Shown here piece after piece: positions 56,030-64,000 of a stretch of DNA of 64,000 nucleotides; within the stretch, counting starts at the first letter, position 1; each line of letters starts with the position of its first letter. Under the pieces are notes generated by a model, which was not told the DNA's origin, did not search any database, and worked only from the letters and a program-made list of their open reading frames with translations. The DNA comes from Myxococcota bacterium (GTDB lineage Bacteria > Myxococcota > Kuafuiibacteriia > Kuafuiibacteriales > Kuafuiibacteriaceae), in NCBI GenBank assembly GCA_050331295.1, contig JBHJGZ010000009.1, positions 13,824 to 77,823 of the forward strand. Direction: 5' to 3'. The position numbers and the translations under genes were made by a program.

Positions 56030-56464
56030 ATGCACCAGCGGTTTTGGTGGTCGGTTGGGATGTGTATGGCTGGGTGTGTGTTCTGCGGACCCACCCAGTC
56101 TACCGCTGTCCTCATCGACGCTGATGCTGCCCTTTCGGCCGCACGACGAGTGGACGCAGGTCGAGTTGCACCGTATGAAGTCGCCGCGGCGGCTGCGTAC
56201 CTCGAAAAGGCGCAGGAGGAACAGAGCCGCTCCGATTTCCAGGACGCGGTCCGATTCGCAGAAAGGGCCTTGGCGTGTGCGAGGGCCGCCTTGGTCAAGG
56301 CAGAGGCCCCGGTCGTTCTCAAGGGAATCTCACCCAGCTGTGGTCCCGACCCGAAGTCTCGACCGAGAGACGGTGCGGTTCAAGGACTCGGCATGGTGGA
56401 AACGTCGAGCATCGGCACCGGCACGGCGACGACGGGAACCTCACGGTCGAAGGAGGAGTTGTGA
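56030..56464 (+). CDS. DUF4398-like lipoprotein (OmpA partner)
   Basis: MAGCVFCG is the lipobox. The helical part reads AARRVDAGRVAPYEVAAAAAYLEKAQEEQSRSDFQDAVRFAERALACA. Its TGA overlaps the GTG of the OmpA gene. Confidence 0.5.
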   Translation: MHQRFWWSVGMCMAGCVFCGPTQSTAVLIDADAALSAARRVDAGRVAPYEVAAAAAYLEKAQEEQSRSDFQDAVRFAERALACARAALVKAEAPVVLKGISPSCGPDPKSRPRDGAVQGLGMVETSSIGTGTATTGTSRSKEEL

Positions 56465-57492
56465 AGCACGGGGCCATCGTGGCGTTCTTGGGGTTGGGCT
56501 TGGGGTGTTCCACCGTTCCAAAGATGGAAGCCGAACTCGACAGCGTGGCTCGGCAAGTCGAGCGCGTCCGAGACGGTGACGGCATTCGGTGTGCGCCTGT
56601 CCAAATGGCCGTCACAGATGCCGAAGTCGCCTTTGCTCGGGTCGAGCTCGACCAGGGCAACACCCTGCGCGCCGCCCAGCACCGTCAACAGGCGTCCCGG
56701 GGCTTGGACCGCATGCAGGCCGCCATCGAGGCATGTCCGCCTCCCGACATCGATGGAGACGGGGTTCCCGACCGGGAGGATGAGTGTCCCGAATTGCCGG
56801 GCGAGATCCCTCTTCTGGGATGCCCAGATCTCGACCGGGATGGCATCGCCGATTTGCTGGACGCGTGCCGCGAGGAGCCGGAGGACATGGATGGGTATGA
56901 AGACGAGGATGGCTGTCCGGAGGAGAACGACGTAGACCGCGACGGCGTTGCCGGCGTCGCGGACGCGTGCCCCACGGTTTTCGGACCGGCCGGAAACCAA
57001 GGATGTCCCTACGGTGACCAAGACGGCGACGGATTGACCGACGCCAAGGACCAATGCGTCGACGAGCCCGAAGACTTCGATGGATTCGAGGACGGGGATG
57101 GGTGTCCAGACGAAGGGTCCATGGTTCGGCTCGACGCAGCTGCCGGCAAGATCCAGATCGAACAGAAGGTCTTCTTCCGCCGAAGTCGGGCGCGCATCTC
57201 GCGCCGCAGCTATCCACTTCTGGACCAAGTGGCTCAGGTTCTTCGTGAGAACCCAAGCATCGAGGTGCTCATCGAGGGCCATACCGACGGCACCGGTAGC
57301 AATAGCGTGAATCTTCGACTCTCTCAGGCTCGAGCGGAAGCGGTTCGGCGCTTCTTGGTCCGGCGGGGAGACATCGATCCCAATCGCTTGACTGCCATCG
57401 GCTTCGGTGAAGAAAAGCCCATCGCCAACAATCGGACCGCCGCCGGTCGCGAGTTGAATCGCCGGGTCGAGTTCACGATAGCCGAGCGTTAG
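56461..57492 (+). CDS. OmpA-family peptidoglycan-binding lipoprotein with thrombospondin type-3 (Ca-binding) repeats
   Basis: GGAGGAG precedes the GTG. The lipobox is FLGLGLGCST. The D-x-D-x-DG-x-x-D-x-C repeats run DIDGDGVPDREDECP, DLDRDGIADLLDAC, DVDRDGVAGVADAC and DQDGDGLTDAKDQC. The C-terminal OmpA domain has NRRVEF. Confidence 0.85.
   Translation: MKHGAIVAFLGLGLGCSTVPKMEAELDSVARQVERVRDGDGIRCAPVQMAVTDAEVAFARVELDQGNTLRAAQHRQQASRGLDRMQAAIEACPPPDIDGDGVPDREDECPELPGEIPLLGCPDLDRDGIADLLDACREEPEDMDGYEDEDGCPEENDVDRDGVAGVADACPTVFGPAGNQGCPYGDQDGDGLTDAKDQCVDEPEDFDGFEDGDGCPDEGSMVRLDAAAGKIQIEQKVFFRRSRARISRRSYPLLDQVAQVLRENPSIEVLIEGHTDGTGSNSVNLRLSQARAEAVRRFLVRRGDIDPNRLTAIGFGEEKPIANNRTAAGRELNRRVEFTIAER
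56746..57113 (+). repeat. Tandem degenerate DNA repeats that encode the TSP3 calcium-binding repeats within the ompA-family gene
   Basis: Recurring GACxxxGACGGxxxxxCCGACxxxxGAxxxxTGTCC units are visible in the sequence. Examples are …gaggacatggatgggtatgaagacgaggatggctgtccggag… and …gaagacttcgatggattcgaggacggggatgggtgtccagac…. Confidence 0.6.
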
Positions 57493-57624
57493 GTCAGGGC
57501 GAAGGAACGCGTCGGGCATCTGGTTTTCCGCAAGCTCCTTCGACAGGCCCCGAAGCGGTCCATGATGCTGCCGAGTTGGATGGATGTTGCATCGTCCCGG
57601 GCAACGCGGCACCCAAGCCGTCCT

Positions 57625-58206
57625 ATGAGCGAATCACGCGAGCCTCTGATCTGGCTGGATATGGAGATGACCGGACTCGATCCTGAAACCAACGTCCCGG
57701 TCGAGGTCGCGGTGATCGTGACCGATCCAGAACTTCGGGAACTCGATAGTTTCGAAGCGGTGATCTGGCAGCCCGAGAAGCTTCTCCTGGAGATGCAACC
57801 GATCGTCCGCAAGATGCACACGGAGAACGGCCTACTGACCAAAATCCGCAACTCGCCGTTCAGCGTTCTCGACGTGGAAAGGAAGATGATGCAGCTGCTC
57901 GCGCGGTGGGTGAAGCCAGGGGAGGGTGTCTTGTCCGGGAACTCCATCCATCAGGATCGACGTTTCATCGCAAAATACTTTCCCGTGGTGAACGGCTATT
58001 TGCACTACCGGATGGTGGACGTTTCCACGGTCAAGGAGCTCGTCAAACGGTGGTACGGGCCGGACCGCCTGCCAGAGAAGGCCGCGAGTGATCACACTGC
58101 GCTTTCCGACGTACGAGCGTCGATTCGAGAGCTCGAGCACTATCGTCGTGCGGTTTTTCAGCCGTCTTCCGATGGAGCGGCTGACTCAAATGAGCGGAAA
58201 GGTTGA
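57625..58206 (+). CDS. orn: Oligoribonuclease (DEDDh 3'-5' exoribonuclease)
   Basis: Has PLIWLDMEMTGLDPE, HQDRRFI and H-Y-R motifs. The ATG is at 57625. Confidence 0.85.
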   Translation: MSESREPLIWLDMEMTGLDPETNVPVEVAVIVTDPELRELDSFEAVIWQPEKLLLEMQPIVRKMHTENGLLTKIRNSPFSVLDVERKMMQLLARWVKPGEGVLSGNSIHQDRRFIAKYFPVVNGYLHYRMVDVSTVKELVKRWYGPDRLPEKAASDHTALSDVRASIRELEHYRRAVFQPSSDGAADSNERKG

Positions 58207-59512
58207 ACGACCATCCGGACGAGCAGTCTGGGGGCTCGCTCTTGCCAGTGCATCATTCACGGTTCTGACCCACGGATATCGACTGGTCGACCAATACTAC
58301 ATTCAAAAGATTTCTACTGAGGCGCAGGCTGCTCTCAGCACGGGGGTGTTCTTTCTGGTCGTCCTGCACGCGTCCTACGACATATTGGCGGCGGGATCGG
58401 CACCGTGGGTGGCAAGAACGACCGGTGCCCGACAGCACGAACGGCGTCGTCGAATTCTCGGCGCAGCTCTCTTCGGAGGTCTGATGCTCAGTATCGGCAT
58501 CGCGTTGTTGGGCATGAGCACTGCAGAGCTCATTGGTCGCGGGCTCGGTCTCAGCGGAGAAACATCGATTCAGTTCGCACGTTATCTTCGAGCGCTTTCG
58601 GTCACGGCAGCCCCGATCGTCGTCACGCCGATCTTGGACGGAGCGTTCGTGGCGATGGGTATGGCTGGAGTGCCGCTTTTGTTGCACGGACTCAGTCTTC
58701 TCTTCAATATCCTCGTGACACCGCTGGCCATCGACGCTTTCGGCATCGAAGGTGCGGCGTGGGCGTCGACTGGGTCTCGGGCGCTGGCCAGCGGCATTGG
58801 CCTGATGGTCTTGACCCGCCGCACGGGACTCCGCTTGCGCCACTTCCGGCCCTTGCCCGAGCTCCGGGATGTATGGGTCGTTGGAGCGCCGGTTGCCCTG
58901 GCAACGGTTTTTTACGGTGGGGTCTATTGGGGCCTCTTGCGCTGGGCGGTGTCGCCGTTGGGCCCTGCCGTCAATGCCGCCTTGGGCATCGGTTTTTCGG
59001 CCCTTGAAGGCGTGACATGGCCCCTCTTTCATGGCCTCGGCATTGCGACCGGATCTTGGGTTGGCCGCAGTCTTGGCGCAGGACAGCCAGATCTGGCATG
59101 GGCCCGAATCTGGTCTGCCATCCCCGGGTCGGCCCTGTTGGGTGCGATGGCCGGTTTTGCATTTTGGTGGTTCGGCGCCGACCTCACCGGTCTCTTCACC
59201 GAGGACCCCGTCGTGCACGACCAGGCGACCACCTACGCCAAGGTTCTGGCTTGGTCCCAGGTCTTCGTGGCCTTTGAATCCCTGGCCGAAGGGATCCTGT
59301 TCGGCGCGGGCAGCACGCGTTCGGTGTTCCTCATATCGACACCGTTCAATCTCCTCCGCGTTCCGGCCGGAAGCTGGGCGGCGGTACACTTCGGTGCCGC
59401 CGGTATCTGGTGGGTCATCAATCTCACGACCGTCGTGAAGGCGGCGCTGCTTTGGGCTTGGATCGCGTCCGGAGGCTGGGCGACCGCGCTGAACCGCGTC
59501 GAGAAAAGGTGA
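58172..59512 (+). CDS. MATE-family multidrug/oligosaccharidyl-lipid efflux transporter
   Basis: Has 12 TM helices and the MatE repeat pattern. Its start (58172 or 58190) overlaps the orn 3' end. Confidence 0.75.
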   Translation: MERLTQMSGKVERPSGRAVWGLALASASFTVLTHGYRLVDQYYIQKISTEAQAALSTGVFFLVVLHASYDILAAGSAPWVARTTGARQHERRRRILGAALFGGLMLSIGIALLGMSTAELIGRGLGLSGETSIQFARYLRALSVTAAPIVVTPILDGAFVAMGMAGVPLLLHGLSLLFNILVTPLAIDAFGIEGAAWASTGSRALASGIGLMVLTRRTGLRLRHFRPLPELRDVWVVGAPVALATVFYGGVYWGLLRWAVSPLGPAVNAALGIGFSALEGVTWPLFHGLGIATGSWVGRSLGAGQPDLAWARIWSAIPGSALLGAMAGFAFWWFGADLTGLFTEDPVVHDQATTYAKVLAWSQVFVAFESLAEGILFGAGSTRSVFLISTPFNLLRVPAGSWAAVHFGAAGIWWVINLTTVVKAALLWAWIASGGWATALNRVEKR

Positions 59513-59757
59513 TCATGCCACGCTGCGTCACCCTGACGTAACCGCCCGTTCCGCCCAGGTGACGGCACAATGGGCGGATATGACCGGTTGGGCGGCTTCC
59601 AGAATCCGTCAAATCGTTCTATGTCATTGCGCTGATAGCAATATAGTTGCATATCCGAGATGGTTCATCCGGCGCTTAAGCACTCCGCGACGGCGTCAAG
59701 CGACCGTTTAGCCATCCGGAAGCCCAAATGCCGCCTCGACTCACCAATCTTGCGGCT

Positions 59758-59773
59758 TGGCACAGCCCCTGCG
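59758..59773 (+). promoter_or_regulatory. Sigma-54-like -24/-12 element TGGCACagcccCTGCG upstream of the CBS-domain gene
   Basis: GG is at 59759-59760 and GC at 59771-59772 with correct spacing. It is weaker than the element at 35399 (C instead of T at -14). It lies about 90 nt upstream of the ATG at 59863. Confidence 0.3.
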
Positions 59774-59862
59774 TCCACACCCTTCGGCGCGCCAACGCAA
59801 AACGATGCGTCGGCGGCACGGAGCCGCCGCCCGACAATGCTGCGGAGGACGAGGAGCGTAAA

Positions 59863-60429
59863 ATGAAAGTTCGAGAGATTATGAGTGAGCCCGTTTTGAC
59901 CTGCCGGAGCACCGACAGTCTCGCCCAGGCGGCTCAGCTCATGTGGGAGCACGACTGCGGTGCCGTACCAGTGCTCGATGGAGATGACCGTCTCGTGGGA
60001 ATGATTACCGACCGCGATATCTGTATGGCTTGTTATACTCAAGGTAAGCCGCTTTGGGAAATGCTGGTGGTCTTGGCCATGGCCAAGAAGGTCGTTTCTT
60101 GTCGAGCTGACGATGGCATCGGCGTCGTCGAACAGCTGATGAGGGAGCATCAGATACGACGTCTTCCGGTGGTGGATGAAGACGGAGAACTGGTGGGTCT
60201 GCTGTCACTGAGCGATCTTGCCCGGAGTGCCGGCACGACTGGGCGGGAGTACGGGCTGGCCGGCATCGTCACCCACACCTTGGCGACGATCTGCCGTCCC
60301 AACAACGTGGAGGTGCATACATCCCGCATGGGGGATGGACGGCTGTCGACCTCGGCGCCGAGCAACCTCGCCGAACGCTTTGGCATGACCGCACCGAATC
60401 CGTTCGTCGTTCACCGGGCCGAACACTGA
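59863..60429 (+). CDS. CBS-domain pair protein
   Basis: GAGGAG lies 6 nt before the ATG. The two CBS motifs are MKVREIMSEPVLTC…VPVLDGDDRLVGMITDRDI and VVSCRADDGIGVVEQLMREHQIRRLPVVDEDGELVGLLSLSDL. Confidence 0.75.
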   Translation: MKVREIMSEPVLTCRSTDSLAQAAQLMWEHDCGAVPVLDGDDRLVGMITDRDICMACYTQGKPLWEMLVVLAMAKKVVSCRADDGIGVVEQLMREHQIRRLPVVDEDGELVGLLSLSDLARSAGTTGREYGLAGIVTHTLATICRPNNVEVHTSRMGDGRLSTSAPSNLAERFGMTAPNPFVVHRAEH

Positions 60430-60480
60430 CGGGTAGGTCAGCCTGGTTGCGCTGGTGGCTTCGGCGTGCCAGGGCGAACC

Positions 60481-61476
60481 ATGGGTCAACGCCTCAAGAT
60501 AGGAATCGTTGGAACCGGGTTCATCGCCGACGTGATGGCCGGCGCCATCGCCCGGTCGGAACAATGTGTTCTTTCCGCCGTCAGCAGTCGCCATCCCGAC
60601 CGGGCGCGCGACTTTGCGAAGAAACACCAGGTGCCGGCCAGCGTCGTGGGCCACGAAGCCTTGTGCGCATCAGAGGTGGATGCGGTGTACGTCGCCACGC
60701 CAACATCGGCGAAGGAAACCGTCGCGCTCCATGCCGCGGCGTGTTCAAAGCATCTGTTGATAGATAAGCCTTTTGCATCCGTGGCGTCCTTCGACCGAAT
60801 CGCGGATGCGGCGTCCAATCGGTGCCTGATGGACGCGACGCACTTCGTCCACCACCCTCGAACGGAGGTCCTGAGACGGACGATCGTAGACGAACTAGGG
60901 GGCTTGAGCACCCTCCGGGCTGCCTTCTACTTTCCCTTCGCGGACGAGACCAACATCCGCTACGACCCGGCGCAGGAGCCTTCCGGAGGCGTGGGAGACC
61001 TGGCCTGGTATACCGCCCGGGCCGCCGTCGAGTTCATGGATGTCGGCGCGCCGTTGGACGTATGTGTCCACATTCGCCGGATGTCGGGCGCCATTGTCCA
61101 CGCAGACGGCCTCCTTCGTTTCGACGGAGACAAGACATCGACGTTTTCGGTGGGATACGACGCGGGCGCAGTGGCGATGGATCTTCACTTGATCGGGCCC
61201 AAGGCCATGGTCTGGGTTGATGATTTCGTGCTCGATTGGGCTCGGAGCTTTGGCTACCAGGTCCCGGGTCATCGGGTCGGGTTTCGGTTGAAGAAGGGTC
61301 TTCAGACGCCGCCCGAAATCCCCTATGTCGATGCCCACAGCGACATCTCTCAAGAGACCCTCATGATGGACGGTTTTGCTCGGGCCTGTGCGGACCCCCG
61401 CCTCCGAGATGATTGGAAGGACCGCAGTCGAAAGACGCAGGCCATCGTGGACGCGATCCTCGCAGCGGAGTCCTGA
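60481..61476 (+). CDS. Gfo/Idh/MocA-family NAD(P)-dependent oxidoreductase
   Basis: The N-terminal Rossmann is LKIGIVGTGFIADVMAGAI. A C-terminal alpha/beta domain is present. Confidence 0.8.
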   Translation: MGQRLKIGIVGTGFIADVMAGAIARSEQCVLSAVSSRHPDRARDFAKKHQVPASVVGHEALCASEVDAVYVATPTSAKETVALHAAACSKHLLIDKPFASVASFDRIADAASNRCLMDATHFVHHPRTEVLRRTIVDELGGLSTLRAAFYFPFADETNIRYDPAQEPSGGVGDLAWYTARAAVEFMDVGAPLDVCVHIRRMSGAIVHADGLLRFDGDKTSTFSVGYDAGAVAMDLHLIGPKAMVWVDDFVLDWARSFGYQVPGHRVGFRLKKGLQTPPEIPYVDAHSDISQETLMMDGFARACADPRLRDDWKDRSRKTQAIVDAILAAES

Positions 61477-61503
61477 CTCAGGTGGGACTCGAGGTCTCGC
61501 CGT

Positions 61504-63237
61504 TCACCGGTGGTCCAATGGCGACCACGCAAAGCATCGGTCCGGTCCGTACATGAGGGTAAGGAGCGTCGCTTCCCGAACCACAGGCGGCAGGACCTCG
61601 AGGACGTTCAACCGGCCAAGGGCCTGGGGTACGTTCGTGCTCGGTGGCCGCGGCAGGCCCGTACGGTGCCGAAGCAGCACCGGTTCCGGCTCGACTGGTC
61701 TATCCAGCCGGTCTTTGAGCCATGCGCATGCCGCGTCGACACCGCCGAGCTCGTCGACGAGTCCGACGTCCTTGGCGGCTTCCCCGACCCAGACCCTGCC
61801 CTGTGCGACTTCGTGTACTTCGTCGCGGCTCTTCCCCCGGCGATCCGCTACCAGGTTCACAAAGAGTTCATACAAGTCGTCGACCTTGGCCTGGACGCGT
61901 TCCCGTTCCAACGCACTGAGACCGCTCGATGGATCCATCAGATTCGCCAAGGCGAGCCGGTGAATCGCGTCGTGGCCGATGCCCAAACGATTGAGGAGCT
62001 CGGGCCACGTCGGAAGGATTCCGAAGACGCCGATGGAGCCGGTCAGGGTTCGCGGGCTCGCCCAGATCCGGTCGCCGGCGGCGGCGATGTAGTAGCCGCC
62101 ACTCGCTGCGACCGAACCCATTACGGTGGCCACCGGCTTGTCTCGGGCTAGCCGGCGCAGCGCTCCATAAATGGCGTCTGATGCCGTGACACTTCCGCCC
62201 CGGCTGTCGATGTGGACCAATACACCGCGGATGCGTGGGTCGGCGCCGGCCCGGCGAATGTCGTCCACCACCGACGCCTGGACCGCCGCCTCACTCGACA
62301 ACCAGGCCGGGGCTCGATCGATGATGGGACCATGGACCTTGACGATGGCCAGTCTCGCGGGGCGAAAAACCTTGGGTCGAGGCTTCTTTTGAACGCCTAG
62401 CCACCGATCGGCGGGCGCGAAGGATGGGGGCTCGGCGGCTCCTTCGATGGACTGGCAATACTCGGGCAGGTCTTCGTCTCGACGAACGGCGTCCACGAAT
62501 TGGACGGTTTGCGCCCCGGTCGCGGTGTACGGTCCCCCTTCGAGGGCGGACCAGACTTGTTCCTCCGTCATCCCTCGGGAAGCGCTCAAGGACTTGAGGA
62601 GCGTCCGGTCGAGGGCTTCCACGAGAGCTTCGGTCTGCTCGCGGTCCGCGTCGCTTCGTTGCCCGCGCGTCAGGGCGTCGGGGCCCGACTTGAAGCGCCC
62701 AGCGGATATCGATTCAACGCGGATTCCGAGGAGTGAGAGCGCGTTCCCCAGGAACAGACCGCGGGCGGCCGTGCCGGTGGCGTCGAATCCGCCGGCCGGT
62801 CCCACGACCACGCGTGAGGCGCCGGCCGCGATGACGGCGTCCTTCTCGTCCATGGCTCTTCCACAGAACAGCACGATAGGGACGCCATGGTCGCGGACCG
62901 AATGAAGCACCTCGCGGAGTTGCTCGGCTTCGCTCCATGAGACGCGAAGTGCTCCCAGCCTGACCAAAAGGCCTTTGGGCCGAACTTCGGGCCTCCGCTG
63001 AATCCTTTGTGCCATACGCTCCAGTTGCCGAAGGTCGACGGAAGGCTCATCGCGCCGACTCAGCAACCTTCGAAGGAGAACCTGCAGCCGAGGCGTGCCG
63101 GTCGGTACCGACTGGACTTGGCCCTCCAGCGCCAGTTCGAGCCATGTGTCCTGAAGCTTTCGTCGGCCAACGAGCCTGACCAGGCCGGCGACCCACCAAC
63201 CCAGGATTCGGATTGGATAGACCAGCAGTCGTATCAT
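61504..63237 (-). CDS. sppA: Signal peptide peptidase SppA, 67K type (tandem S49 domains)
   Basis: Has an N-terminal TM helix and two ClpP/crotonase-fold S49 repeats. The catalytic region is GSVAASGGYYIAAAGDRIWASP. Confidence 0.85.
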   Translation of the reverse strand: MIRLLVYPIRILGWWVAGLVRLVGRRKLQDTWLELALEGQVQSVPTGTPRLQVLLRRLLSRRDEPSVDLRQLERMAQRIQRRPEVRPKGLLVRLGALRVSWSEAEQLREVLHSVRDHGVPIVLFCGRAMDEKDAVIAAGASRVVVGPAGGFDATGTAARGLFLGNALSLLGIRVESISAGRFKSGPDALTRGQRSDADREQTEALVEALDRTLLKSLSASRGMTEEQVWSALEGGPYTATGAQTVQFVDAVRRDEDLPEYCQSIEGAAEPPSFAPADRWLGVQKKPRPKVFRPARLAIVKVHGPIIDRAPAWLSSEAAVQASVVDDIRRAGADPRIRGVLVHIDSRGGSVTASDAIYGALRRLARDKPVATVMGSVAASGGYYIAAAGDRIWASPRTLTGSIGVFGILPTWPELLNRLGIGHDAIHRLALANLMDPSSGLSALERERVQAKVDDLYELFVNLVADRRGKSRDEVHEVAQGRVWVGEAAKDVGLVDELGGVDAACAWLKDRLDRPVEPEPVLLRHRTGLPRPPSTNVPQALGRLNVLEVLPPVVREATLLTLMYGPDRCFAWSPLDHR

Positions 63238-63782
63238 GGGGACACGGCCGACTTCGGACGAAAGGCCTTCACCTTCCCGTCATCCGTGGTGATGTATGGT
63301 CCTCCTACGAGGTCGACGCAGTACGGAACAGCAGGCATGACCGCGTCGAGACACTCTCGGATAGACTTTGGTTTCCCGGGAAGATTCACGATCAATGCCT
63401 TGCCGCGGATGGCCGCGGTTTGACGCGACAGGATGGCGGTAGGCACATATTGAAGAGAGACCGTTCGCATCAACTCCCCGAAGCCTGGCATGAGCTTGTC
63501 CGCCACCGCTTCCGTTGCCTCGGGTGTCACGTCCCGTGGGGCAGGGCCGGTGCCTCCGGTCGTTACGACGAAGCAGCAGCCTTCGTGGTCTATCAGGTCT
63601 TTCAGTGTTGTTTCGATCTTGGGCTGTTCGTCCGGAACGATTCGAGCAATGGGTTCCCACGGTGAGGTCAGGACCTCCTGCATGTATTCCTTGATCGCCG
63701 GACCTCCGAGATCTTCATACTCGCCGCGACTTGCTCGGTCGGACACCGTCAGGATGCCGATGCGAGCGGTTCGGTTCTCCAT
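63234..63782 (-). CDS. mogA: Molybdopterin adenylyltransferase/molybdenum cofactor biosynthesis protein MogA/MoaB
   Basis: Has ARIGILTVSDRAS…CCFVVTTGGTGPAPRDVTPEA. GAGGGAG lies before the ATG at 63782. Its 3' end overlaps the sppA start by 4 nt. Confidence 0.8.
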   Translation of the reverse strand: MENRTARIGILTVSDRASRGEYEDLGGPAIKEYMQEVLTSPWEPIARIVPDEQPKIETTLKDLIDHEGCCFVVTTGGTGPAPRDVTPEATEAVADKLMPGFGELMRTVSLQYVPTAILSRQTAAIRGKALIVNLPGKPKSIRECLDAVMPAVPYCVDLVGGPYITTDDGKVKAFRPKSAVSP

Positions 63783-63864
63783 TCCGTGGTTTTCTCCCTC
63801 TGTACACCCAGAGGGCAACTCGGAAGCGTCGTGCGCGAAGTATCGACACACGTACGGAGAGTGG

Positions 63865-64000
63865 CTACTGGTAACCATGCCGATACACGATCCAGACGCA
63901 CCCGCTTCCGTCGAGGATGGGATTTTCGGGGCCGAGGTAGACCTTCAAGATGCGCAGGTTGTCCTGCTGCCAGTGCCCTTCGACGCAACGGTCTCTTACG
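63865..64000 (-). CDS. 3' end of an unidentified gene that runs off the right window edge
   Basis: The minus strand has an open frame ending …VEGHWQQDNLRILKVYLGPENPILDGSGCVWIVYRHGYQ* with the stop at 63865-63867. Its start lies outside the window, so it is not in the ORF track. Confidence 0.4.
   Translation of the reverse strand, partial: VRDRCVEGHWQQDNLRILKVYLGPENPILDGSGCVWIVYRHGYQ

Noticed and set aside
1-64000. CRISPR arrays, IS elements, integrases, phage genes, rRNA/tRNA
   Set aside because: I saw no arrays of regularly spaced direct repeats. None of the identified CDSs has transposase, integrase or phage-structural motifs. Intergenic regions are too short, and too free of tRNA-like structure, to contain RNA genes.

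Overview
The window is 64 kb of high-GC (about 65-68%) bacterial chromosome. The gene content suggests a Myxococcota-like organism: two Hanks-type Ser/Thr kinases with PEGA domains and TM anchors, an NtrC-family sigma-54 activator, a REC+DUF4388-like protein, PilZ, an ECF sigma factor, a TSP3-repeat OmpA protein and TPR proteins. This taxonomic call is an inference. Gene density is high, with about 60 protein-coding genes and many translationally coupled junctions. I found no rRNA, tRNA, CRISPR array, transposase, integrase or phage genes. Most genes are housekeeping or signalling: penicillin-acylase family, PhoH2, FtsB, two RluA-family pseudouridine synthases, an ALDH-family enzyme, LexA, RmlD, EpmA, TrmB, a Wzx-like flippase, a GMC oxidoreductase, UbiB, an M16 peptidase, GST, an AidB-like acyl-CoA dehydrogenase, ThpR, a PAS-GGDEF/EAL protein, an aminotransferase, an M2 (ACE-like) peptidase, HrpB, Orn, a MATE transporter, SppA and MogA. 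One gene that runs off the left edge (minus strand, 1..1528, a lipoprotein) is missing from the supplied ORF track, and I recovered it by hand. The parts most worth a second look are: (a) a minus-strand operon below ubiB made of two coupled unknown proteins, a GMC oxidoreductase and a stop/start-coupled small membrane protein that sits in a roughly 400-bp low-GC (about 50%) island; (b) a lexA locus with a long-linker LexA, a GAAC-N4-GTTT palindrome just upstream of its start, and two small charged unknown genes upstream on the same strand; (c) a near-consensus sigma-54 promoter between the NtrC-like activator gene and a TPR gene; and (d) an ECF sigma factor followed by a PilZ protein. I could not recognise a known defence system. 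Whether anything here is novel depends on the unknown-function genes listed under findings.
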